From positions 482,080 to 546,079 of the forward strand of contig CAWIIN010000001.1 in NCBI GenBank assembly GCA_963836285.1: DNA of 64,000 nt, written 5' to 3'. Under the pieces are notes generated by a model. It was not told the DNA's origin, did no database searches, and saw nothing but the letters and a program-made list of their open reading frames with translations. Shown here piece by piece: positions 16,990-24,868 of the stretch. Both the position numbers and the translations under genes were made by a program. The number at the start of each line of letters is the position of its first letter. Position 1 is the first letter of the stretch. Source of the DNA: an uncultured Acidobacteriota bacterium (GTDB lineage Bacteria; Acidobacteriota; Thermoanaerobaculia; UBA5066).

Positions 16990-19050
16990 TCAGCCCCGGA
17001 TCTCGCCGAACTTCGCGACGCGCGCGAACTGGTCGCGGATCGCCATGAGGAGCGCGATCCGGTTCGCCTTCACGTCGGGGTCCTCCGCCATGACGAGGAC
17101 CTCCGTGAAGAAGCGGTCGAGGCCCGGCCCGAACGACGCCATGATCCCGAGCGCGTCGTGGAAACGGCGCTGCCCGAGCAGCTCGTCGACCATCCCGCGC
17201 GCCTGAAGGAAGTCCGACGCGAGCGCCTGCTCGGCCGCGTCCGTCATCCGCGCGGGGTCGGCCTCGCCGACGGCGCCGGGCGCCTGCTCGAGGATGTTCT
17301 GCATCCGCTTGAAGGCGGCGGCGAGCGGTGCGAAGTCGGCTTCCGCGCGCATCGCGTCCACCGCCTCGACACGCTCGGCGACGTCGAGCGGGTCCCGCGC
17401 GTCGGCGGCGAGGACGGCGTCGATCGTGTCCGCTCGGCGCCCCGCGCGCTCGAGGAGAAAGCGCAGACGCTCGGTCAGGAACCCCGAGAGCTCCGGCACG
17501 ACCTCCTCCCGCCGGCGCGGGAGCGAGCCGTGGAGCTGGAGGGCATCGGAGATCGCGACCGGCACGTCGAGGTGCCACGTGCGATCCAGGAGGATCTTCA
17601 CGACGCCCAGCGCCGCGCGGCGGAGCGCGTACGGGTCGCGCGAGCCGGTCGGGGCGAGCCCGAGGCCGAAGAGTCCCGTGAGCGTGTCGAGCCGGTCCGC
17701 GAGCGCGACGACGGCGCCCACGTCCGAGCGCGGAGACGCGTCGTCCGCGGAGGCCGGGTGGTACTGGTCGTAGATCGCCTGCCAGATCTCTTCCCGCTCG
17801 CCCTCGCGCCGGGCGTAGAGCCCGCCCACGACGCCCTGCAGGTCGGGAAACTCGCGCACCATGTCCGTCACGAGGTCGGCCTTCAGGAGACGCGCCGCGC
17901 GGACGACCGACGAGGTGTCGGCGATCTGGAGGCGCGCCGCGAGCCGCTCGGCGAGGTCCTGCACGCGGCCCGTCTTCCTGAGGTAATCGCCGAGCGTCTC
18001 CTGGAACTGGAGCCGCCCGAGCCGCGTGAGACGGTCCTCGAGCTTCGTCTTCCCGTCGTCGTCCCAGAAGAACCGTGCGTCCGCGAACCGGGCGGACGTG
18101 ACCCACTCGTTGCCCTGCGCGATGAGCCCCTTCGGGTCGCCCGTCTGGTCGCACACGGCGAGGAACGCCGGGAGGAGCGCCCCGTCCCTGCGGATCGGAA
18201 GCATCTTCTGGTGCTCGCGCATCGACGTCACGAGGATCTCCTCGGGGAGATCGAGAAACGCCTCGTCGAACGCGCCACGCACGAGGCCAGGCCACTCGAC
18301 GAGATGCGACCATGCTTCGAGGAGCGACGGGTCGACCGCGGGCGTGCCACCGATCCCTTCCGCGAGCGCCTTCGCCTGCTCCTCGAACGCCGCGCGGCGG
18401 ACCGCGAGCTCGGGCTCGACGTGGGCGGCGCGGAGCTTCGCGAACCAGTCGGGGACGCCCGTCACGACGAGCCGGCTTCCCGCGAGCGTGCGGTGGCCGT
18501 ACGTCGTGCGGCCGCTCTCGACGCCGAAGACCTGCATCGGGATGACGAGGCCGTCGAAGAGCGCGATGACGGAATGGACGGGCCGGATCCAGAGAGGCGC
18601 CCCGTCGCCCCAGCGCATCATGCGCGGGAACGTCATCTTCTCGACGAGCGGGGGAAGGAACTCCGCGATCACCTCGGACGCCGGGCGCCCCGGGACGACC
18701 TTCTTCGCGACGACGTAGGCGCCTTTCGGGAGATGGGCGACCGTGAGATCGTCCAGGGGGATCCCGTGCGAGCGCGCGAAGCCGCGGGCCGCCGGCGTCG
18801 GCCGGCCGTCGGCGTCGAAGCCCTTCGAGGCCGGGGGACCCGTCACGTCGACGGTCACGTCCGGCTGCCGGTCGGCCACGCCGTCTCCGACGAGGATCAG
18901 CCGGCGCGACGTGGAGTGGACGGCGAGCGAGCCGCCGAGCCGCGCTTCGACGAACGCCTCCGAGACGCGGGCGAGGAGGTCCTCGCGGGCTCCGGGCAGG
19001 ACGCCCGCCGGGATCTCCTCGGCGAGGATCTCGAGCAGAAACTCAGACAT
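16990..19050 (-). CDS. glyS: glycine--tRNA ligase beta subunit
   Basis: From the ATG at 19050 the protein reads [16 protein letters not shown].., a typical GlyS N-terminus. It is 686 aa and overlaps the glyQ stop by 8 nt. Confidence 0.9.
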   Translation of the reverse strand: MSEFLLEILAEEIPAGVLPGAREDLLARVSEAFVEARLGGSLAVHSTSRRLILVGDGVADRQPDVTVDVTGPPASKGFDADGRPTPAARGFARSHGIPLDDLTVAHLPKGAYVVAKKVVPGRPASEVIAEFLPPLVEKMTFPRMMRWGDGAPLWIRPVHSVIALFDGLVIPMQVFGVESGRTTYGHRTLAGSRLVVTGVPDWFAKLRAAHVEPELAVRRAAFEEQAKALAEGIGGTPAVDPSLLEAWSHLVEWPGLVRGAFDEAFLDLPEEILVTSMREHQKMLPIRRDGALLPAFLAVCDQTGDPKGLIAQGNEWVTSARFADARFFWDDDGKTKLEDRLTRLGRLQFQETLGDYLRKTGRVQDLAERLAARLQIADTSSVVRAARLLKADLVTDMVREFPDLQGVVGGLYARREGEREEIWQAIYDQYHPASADDASPRSDVGAVVALADRLDTLTGLFGLGLAPTGSRDPYALRRAALGVVKILLDRTWHLDVPVAISDALQLHGSLPRRREEVVPELSGFLTERLRFLLERAGRRADTIDAVLAADARDPLDVAERVEAVDAMRAEADFAPLAAAFKRMQNILEQAPGAVGEADPARMTDAAEQALASDFLQARGMVDELLGQRRFHDALGIMASFGPGLDRFFTEVLVMAEDPDVKANRIALLMAIRDQFARVAKFGEIRG

Positions 19051-19969
19051 CGGATGGCTCCGCGGCCGCGTCTTCCGTCGCCGGCGCAGGGGCCACGGCT
19101 CCCTTCGGGAGCAGCGGAAAGCCGAGCGACTTGCGCGACGCGACGTAGGCCTTCGCGCACTCGACCGCAAGGGCTCGGACGCGTTTGATGACGCCGACGC
19201 GGTCCGTCGCGGAAACGGCCCCGCGCGCGTCGAGGATGTTGAACGCGTGCGAGCACTTGAGCGTGAAGTCGTACGCGGGAAGAACGAGCCCCGCCTCGAG
19301 GCAGCGTCTCGCCTCGGCTTCGAATTTCTCGAACAGCGCCTGCCACAGGGACGGGTCCGCGACCTCGAACCCGTACTTCGAGACCTCGTACTCGTCCTGT
19401 CCGCGCACCTCCCCGTACGGGATACCGGGCGCCCATTCGATCTCGTACACGCTTCTCTTCTTGGCGAGGAACATCGTGAGGCGCTCGAGGCCGTACGTGA
19501 TCTCCGCCGTGATGGGCGCGAGGTTCTGCCCGCCCGACTGCTGGAAGTACGTGAACTGCGTGATCTCCATCCCGTCGAGGAGCACCTGCCACCCCACGCC
19601 CCACGCGCCGAGCGTCGGAGACTCCCAGTTGTCCTCCTCGAAGCGGAGGTCGTGCTCCTTCGGGTCGATCCCGAGGGCGACGAGACTCTCGACGTAGAGG
19701 TCCTGGATGTCGGCGGGAGCCGGCTTGATCACGACCTGGAACTGCTGGTGTTTGACGAGCCGGAACGGGTTCTTTCCGTACCGGCCGTCCGCCGGCCGGC
19801 GCGAGGGCTGCACGAAGCCCGCGCTCCAGGGCTCGGGACCGAGGACGCGAAGGAAGGTGGCCGGGTGCATCGTCCCCGCGCCGACCTCGACGTCCCACGG
19901 CTGCTCGATGAGGCAGCCCTTGGACGACCAGTAGGCCGAGAGCTTCAGGATCAGGGTCTGCAGGTCCAT
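19043..19969 (-). CDS. glyQ: glycine--tRNA ligase alpha subunit
   Basis: 308 aa, highly conserved: [41 protein letters not shown].. Confidence 0.95.
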   Translation of the reverse strand: MDLQTLILKLSAYWSSKGCLIEQPWDVEVGAGTMHPATFLRVLGPEPWSAGFVQPSRRPADGRYGKNPFRLVKHQQFQVVIKPAPADIQDLYVESLVALGIDPKEHDLRFEEDNWESPTLGAWGVGWQVLLDGMEITQFTYFQQSGGQNLAPITAEITYGLERLTMFLAKKRSVYEIEWAPGIPYGEVRGQDEYEVSKYGFEVADPSLWQALFEKFEAEARRCLEAGLVLPAYDFTLKCSHAFNILDARGAVSATDRVGVIKRVRALAVECAKAYVASRKSLGFPLLPKGAVAPAPATEDAAAEPSDV

Positions 19970-19999
19970 GAGGGGACGCCGAGTGTACCGAATCCGCGT

Positions 20000-20635
20000 T
20001 CAGCCGAGCGCGCCGAGGAACCGGTAGCTCTTCAGTTCGTGTCCGAGGAAGCTCCTCCGCGCCTCGCGGACGAAGTCCTCGAGCGCGTCGAGCGCGCCCG
20101 GAGCCGGCGGCCTCGCCGCGAGCACGGAAAGCGGGTGCTTGCGGACGGCCGCGAGCGCCTTTCGGGCGGCCTCGGGCGCCTCCTCCTCGTCGAGGACGCC
20201 CGCGAACCTCAGGAGCCAGGTCTCGAAGTAACGGGTCGCGAGCGGCGCCGGGGCGCCCGCCTCGAGCGCGTCGAGGACGTGTCTCACGAGACGGTAGACG
20301 TCTCCCCCGAGCTCGGATTCGGGCACGAACGTGAGGGCGCTTTCGGCCATGTACGGAAGGAGCATTGCCGCAGAGGCGTTCGCGGCGAGGTCGAAGGCGC
20401 TCCGGACGATCTCGAGACCGTCCACGCGCGCGAGGTCCGCGCCTTCCTTGCGGAAGTAGGTGAGCGAGAGCTCCGTGAGGAGCTGGAGCGCGGCGGCGCG
20501 TTTCGACCTGCCGCGCGCCCCGCGAACGGCCGCGCGGACGACGCCGTGGTCTTTCGTGAGGAACGCCGCGACGAGATCCTTCTCGGAGAGCGGGTCAAGC
20601 TTCAGAATGAACGCCGTGGTCGAGACGAGCGCCAT
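20000..20635 (-). CDS. recO: DNA repair protein RecO
   Basis: 211 aa with an OB-fold N-terminus (AFILKLDPLSEKDLVAAFLTKDHGVVRAAVRGARG). The recO-glyQS synteny is conserved. Confidence 0.8.
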   Translation of the reverse strand: MALVSTTAFILKLDPLSEKDLVAAFLTKDHGVVRAAVRGARGRSKRAAALQLLTELSLTYFRKEGADLARVDGLEIVRSAFDLAANASAAMLLPYMAESALTFVPESELGGDVYRLVRHVLDALEAGAPAPLATRYFETWLLRFAGVLDEEEAPEAARKALAAVRKHPLSVLAARPPAPGALDALEDFVREARRSFLGHELKSYRFLGALG

Positions 20636-21944
20636 GCGTGACGATTCTGCGCCCGCCGGCCGGACGGGACTGCCGCGCGCCGTCGTCCGACTCGGGTGGG
20701 TGTCGTTCCTGACGGACGTCTCGTCCGAGATGATCGTCCCTCTCCTCCCGGCGTTCCTGACGACGCTCTCGGGCGTCCCCGCGACGGCGCTCGGCTGGAT
20801 CGAGGGCGTCGCGGACGCGACCGCGTCGTTCGTGAAGATCCTGTCGGGCAGGTGGACGGACCGCGCGAAGGCGAAAAAGCCGCTCGTCTTCCTCGGCTAC
20901 GGCCTGTCGTCCTGCGCGCGGCCACTGATCGGCCTCGCGCCGGGCTGGCCGGCGATCGTCGTGATCCGCTTCTTCGACCGCGTCGGGAAGGGCATCCGCA
21001 CCGCCCCGCGCGACACGATGATCGCGGCGGCGGCGCCGCCCGAGCGCCGCGGCGCAGCGTTCGGACTGCACCGCGCGTTCGACAACGCGGGCGCGGTCTT
21101 CGGCCCGCTCCTCGCGGCGGGGCTCGTGGGATGGATGGGGCTGGGCCTCAGGACGGTCTTCCTGCTCGCGGCCATTCCGGCGGCTCTCTCACTCCTCGTC
21201 CTGGCGTTCGGGGTGAAGGAAGATGGGAAAAGAGAAGAGAAGATTTCTTTGAAGGTCAAGGGCGCTGGGGTGGGCGGTGCGCCGCTCGACTCGCGCCGCG
21301 GTTCCCCGCCGCCCTCTTTACCACTCGAAGGAAAATCCACCGTCCCCCCGGCCGGGGCATCACCGGATGCGCTCGGGTCCGAAGCCAAACTCCCCCCGGT
21401 CTTCTGGCGCACTTCAAGCGTGTTCGCGCTCTTCGCGCTTGCCGCGTCGTCGGACACGTTTCTTCTTCTCAAAGCGAAAGAGATCGGGATCGCCGCCGCC
21501 TGGCTGCCCATCCTCTGGGCGTTCTCGAACGCCGTGAAATCCCTCTTCTCGACGTGGGGCGGGGGGCTGTCGGACCGTTTCGGCAGGCGGCGGCTGCTCT
21601 TCGCCGCATGGACGCTTTACGCGGTCTGCTACGCCGGCTTCGCATTCGTCACGTCCGCGGCGCCCCTCGTCGCGCTCGTCGGCGTCTACTCCCTCTACTA
21701 CGCGCTCTCGGAGGGAACGGAGCGTGCGCTCGTCGCCGACCTCGTCGCCCCCGAGATGCGCGGCCGGGCGTTCGGCTGGATGAACGGCTTCGTCGGCTTC
21801 GCGGCGCTACCCGCGAGCGTCGTCTTCGGCCTCGTCTGGCAGGCTGCGGGCTCGAAGATGGCGTTTCTGGCGGGATCGGCCGTCGCGGCGGTCGCCGTCC
21901 TGGGCCTCGTGACGCTCGTTCCGAAGCGGCGCAAGGCCGGGTAA
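20634..21944 (+). CDS. MFS transporter with a repeat-element insertion in the central loop
   Basis: The sequence shows 12-TM-like hydrophobicity, FLTDVSSEMIVPLLPAFL, and the GRWTDR motif between TM2 and TM3. The start is uncertain: the ATG at 20634 overlaps the recO start codon. Confidence 0.7.
   Translation: MRDDSAPAGRTGLPRAVVRLGWVSFLTDVSSEMIVPLLPAFLTTLSGVPATALGWIEGVADATASFVKILSGRWTDRAKAKKPLVFLGYGLSSCARPLIGLAPGWPAIVVIRFFDRVGKGIRTAPRDTMIAAAAPPERRGAAFGLHRAFDNAGAVFGPLLAAGLVGWMGLGLRTVFLLAAIPAALSLLVLAFGVKEDGKREEKISLKVKGAGVGGAPLDSRRGSPPPSLPLEGKSTVPPAGASPDALGSEAKLPPVFWRTSSVFALFALAASSDTFLLLKAKEIGIAAAWLPILWAFSNAVKSLFSTWGGGLSDRFGRRRLLFAAWTLYAVCYAGFAFVTSAAPLVALVGVYSLYYALSEGTERALVADLVAPEMRGRAFGWMNGFVGFAALPASVVFGLVWQAAGSKMAFLAGSAVAAVAVLGLVTLVPKRRKAG
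21214..21338. repeat. inverted-repeat element, copy 5 (in frame in the central loop of the MFS transporter)
   Basis: A purine tract precedes the left arm AGATTTCTTTGAAGGTCAAGGGCG (21241..21264). The right arm is GCCCTCTTTACCACTCGAAGGAAAATCC (21311..21338). Confidence 0.8.
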
Positions 21945-21954
21945 GATCCCCCGC

Positions 21955-22200
21955 ATGTCTGGACCCGTGTGGAAGCGCCTCCACCAGAAGGGCGCCTGCG
22001 ACTCCTGCGGCGAGACCTGCGACGAGCGCTACGCCGTCGGCACCGTCTTCGACTTCACGTTCCGGCCCGACGCGGCCTACTGCCCTTCCTGCTACGCCCG
22101 TTACGGGAGCCGCACGGACGAGCGGGACCCCGACGCCGTGAACCACATGCAGGCGCCGCGAACGCTGTCGCGCCCGAACTCGGTCAGCGACGTCGAGTGA
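21955..22200 (+). CDS. small zinc-ribbon-like protein (CxxC..CxxC), hypothetical
   Basis: 81 aa with CDSCGETC and CPSCY motifs. Its stop overlaps the GTG start of the next gene (GTGA). Confidence 0.45.
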   Translation: MSGPVWKRLHQKGACDSCGETCDERYAVGTVFDFTFRPDAAYCPSCYARYGSRTDERDPDAVNHMQAPRTLSRPNSVSDVE

Positions 22201-23432
22201 TCCTCGAACGGTTCGCCGGATCGCCCCTTCTCCCGATCGCGGAGAAGGTGGCGGCGGGGACGCGCCTCTCGATCGAGGACGGCGTCGCCCTGTTCGCGTC
22301 GCCAGACGTGCTCGGAGTCGGCGCGCTCGCGAACCACGTCCGCGAGAGAAAGCACGGGAACACGGCCTACTACAACGTCAACCGGTACCTGAACCCGACG
22401 AACCTCTGCTGGGTCGACTGCGCGCTGTGCGCGTGGGCGCGAAAGCCCGGCGTCGAGGGCGGATACACGATGTCGATCGAGGAGGCCGTCCGCGAGGCCG
22501 CCTCCGGCTGGCACGACGGGATCACGGAGCTGCACATCGTCGGCGGGCTCCACCCGTCGCTCCCTTACTCCTGGTACCTCGACCTCCTCCGCGCGCTGAA
22601 GGCGAGGTTCCCCGGCGTCCACCTCAAGGCCTGGACGATGGTCGAGGTGGACTGGATCGCGCGCGTCGCGAAGAAGGACGTCGTGACGGTCATCCGCGAG
22701 CTCCGGGATGCCGGGATGGACTCGTGCCCGGGCGGCGGGGCCGAGATCTTCGAGAGGCGCGTCCGCGACGTCATCTGCCGCGACAAGATCTCCGGGGAGC
22801 GCTGGCTCGAGGTCGCGCGACTGTGCCACGAGAGCGGCGTCAAGACGAACGTCACGATGCTCTACGGAAGCGTGGAGACCATCGAGGACCGCGTCGATCA
22901 CCTCGTCCGCATCCGCACGCTGCAGGACGAGACGCACGGCTTCCTCGGGTTCATCCCGCTCGCGTTCCACCCCGAGGAGACGCAGCTCCCTCACCTGCCC
23001 GCGGCGACCGGCATGACGGACCTGAAGGTCATCGCCGTCTCGCGCCTCATGCTCGACAACGTCGACCACGTGAAGGCGTACTGGGTGCAGATCGGCGAGA
23101 AGCTCGCCCCCGTCGCCCTCCACTTCGGAGCGGACGATCTCGTCGGCACGGTGACGGAGGAGACGATCACGCACGCGGCCGGCGCGACGACGGAAGCCGG
23201 GCTCTCGCGCGCGCAGATGGAGGCTCTCATCCGCGGCGCGGGCCGCGAGCCGTTCGAGCGCGACGCGTTCTACGAGCGCGTCGTGCGGGACGAGGCGGGA
23301 CGTGTGACTCGCGCGAACCGGCACGATTTCCGAGGTCACGAGCAAGAGGGAGATTCTTCGAAGGTCGGAAGGAAAAACACGGACATCGTGTCGCCTGCGG
23401 TCGGACTCGACGCCGCGATCGCGTCGAGCTGA
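22197..23432 (+). CDS. radical SAM menaquinone (futalosine pathway) enzyme, MqnE/MqnC family
   Basis: From the GTG at 22197 the protein shows YYNVNRYLNPTNLCWVDCALCAW (the CxxxCxxC cluster), GITELHIVGGLHP and GFIPLAFHPE. The last ~25 codons run into a solo repeat arm. Confidence 0.8.
   Translation: MILERFAGSPLLPIAEKVAAGTRLSIEDGVALFASPDVLGVGALANHVRERKHGNTAYYNVNRYLNPTNLCWVDCALCAWARKPGVEGGYTMSIEEAVREAASGWHDGITELHIVGGLHPSLPYSWYLDLLRALKARFPGVHLKAWTMVEVDWIARVAKKDVVTVIRELRDAGMDSCPGGGAEIFERRVRDVICRDKISGERWLEVARLCHESGVKTNVTMLYGSVETIEDRVDHLVRIRTLQDETHGFLGFIPLAFHPEETQLPHLPAATGMTDLKVIAVSRLMLDNVDHVKAYWVQIGEKLAPVALHFGADDLVGTVTEETITHAAGATTEAGLSRAQMEALIRGAGREPFERDAFYERVVRDEAGRVTRANRHDFRGHEQEGDSSKVGRKNTDIVSPAVGLDAAIASS
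23350..23372. repeat. solo left arm at the 3' end of the mqn gene
   Basis: GAGATTCTTCGAAGGTCGGAAGG. No convincing partner arm was found. Confidence 0.55.
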
Positions 23433-23456
23433 TCGTCCGGCCGCCTCTGTGGCTCC

Positions 23457-24797
23457 CTAGTTCGGCGCCGCCTCCATCTGCTTCTTGATCGCCGCGATCA
23501 TGCGGTCCGATCGCTGCTCGGCCGGCAGCGCTTCGGCATACGCGAGCATCTCCTCGAGCGTTTTTTTCGCCGCGGCGGGGTCCCCCTTCTTCTTCAGGAT
23601 GTCGACCCGTCCGCGGTAGACGACGAGCTTTCGCGGGCCGTACGCGCGCGCCATGGCGCGGTCCGAGGCCGCGAGGGCCTCGTCGTACTTCTGCATCGCG
23701 GCGTACGCGACCGCGAGGCGGGCTGGCGGGTTGTAGTCGTCCGGAAAGTCCTTCTCGGACGCGAGGAGCGCCGGGACGACGCGCTCGGGCTGTCCGAGCG
23801 CGAGGCAGATCCCCGTGCGGTGCGCGTCGAAGACGGCGCGTTCCGCGGGCGTCTTCGCCTTCGCGGCCTGCCCTTCGAGGTACTCCGCGCAGCTCTCGAG
23901 GATCTTCTTTCTTCCCGCGTCGTCCTTCGCGGCTTCCCGCTCGTCGGCGAGGGACTGATACAGGGAGGACACGTCGTCGGCCGCGAGGCCCGTCTTCGGC
24001 CCCTCGACGACCTCGCGCGCGTAGCCGGCGAACGTCGCGACGAGGCCCGCCTTCCGCGGATCGTCGTCCTTCAGCCCGAGGGCGCAGTCGAGCCCCGAGC
24101 CTGCGACGTTCGCGGCGGACGGCGTCGTCTTCAGGTGGCTCCACGCGTCGCGCGCCGTTGCGGCGCAGGCCTCACGTTCGCCGGACGTGGAGAGCGCGAA
24201 GAGGAGCGATTCGACGACCCGCGGGTACGACGAGGAGCCGGGCTCGAGCGTCTCGAGCGCCTTGCGGTACGCGGCGGCGGCCTCCTTGTAGCGACCGTCC
24301 GCGTAGAGCCGATCCGCTTCCGCGAGCGGGGCGGCAGGAGCCGACTTCCCGCGCGCCGCCTTCTCGCCGTCGTCCAGGACGCGGACCATCTGGGGAACGG
24401 TCGCGCCCCCCACCCATCTCAGGACGATCTTCTCGGCCGCGGGGTCGATCACGTAGAACGACGGCCACACCTTCACGGGATACTTCCCGAGCACGGCCGC
24501 GTTCTCCTTCTTCTCGGTGTTGATCGAAAGCCAGACGAACCGTCCGGCCTGCCGCCCGAGCGCCTTGTCCGTGAAGACGAAGGCCCTCATGGAGCGGCAC
24601 GTGTGTCACCAGGGTGCCCAGGCCTCGAGGAAGATCGGCTTCTTCGAGGCCCGCGCCGCGGCGAGCGCCTTCGGGTAGTCGTCCGCGATGAACGGGAGGA
24701 CTTCGCGCGGTGCCGGAGCCGAGGACGCGAAAGAGGCCCCGCGGGGACGGCGAAAAGGGCGGCGGCGACGGCCGCCGGGAACAGGTGGAATGCTCAT
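23457..24797 (-). CDS. thioredoxin-fold + TPR protein with an in-frame TGA at the redox motif (WAPW-U-HTC), a candidate selenoprotein
   Basis: Track ORFs 24606..24797 and 23457..24590 are in the same frame. They are separated only by the TGA at 24608..24606 and 5 codons. The join reads [17 protein letters not shown], i.e. the thioredoxin WCxxC site. TPR-like repeats follow downstream. The N-terminal frame is doubtful. Confidence 0.6.
24552..24597 (-). promoter_or_regulatory. candidate bacterial SECIS-like hairpin starting 9 nt 3' of the in-frame UGA
   Basis: Hand-folded pairs are CCGCUC/GGGCGG, GAG/CUC, GCCUU/AAGGC and GUC/GAC, with the apical loop UUCACG. It was not scored with any model. 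Confidence 0.35.
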
Positions 24798-24842
24798 GAG
24801 CGAACTATACGGCCTCCGGGCGGGAGGGTTTGCCCGGCGGCC

Positions 24843-24868
24843 GGAAGAGTCCCTTAGAAGGTCATCGG
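24843..24868. repeat. solo left arm that supplies the stop codon of the BNR gene
   Basis: GGAAGAGTCCCTTAGAAGGTCATCGG. On the minus strand CCTTCTAA provides ..M T F stop. Confidence 0.45.
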
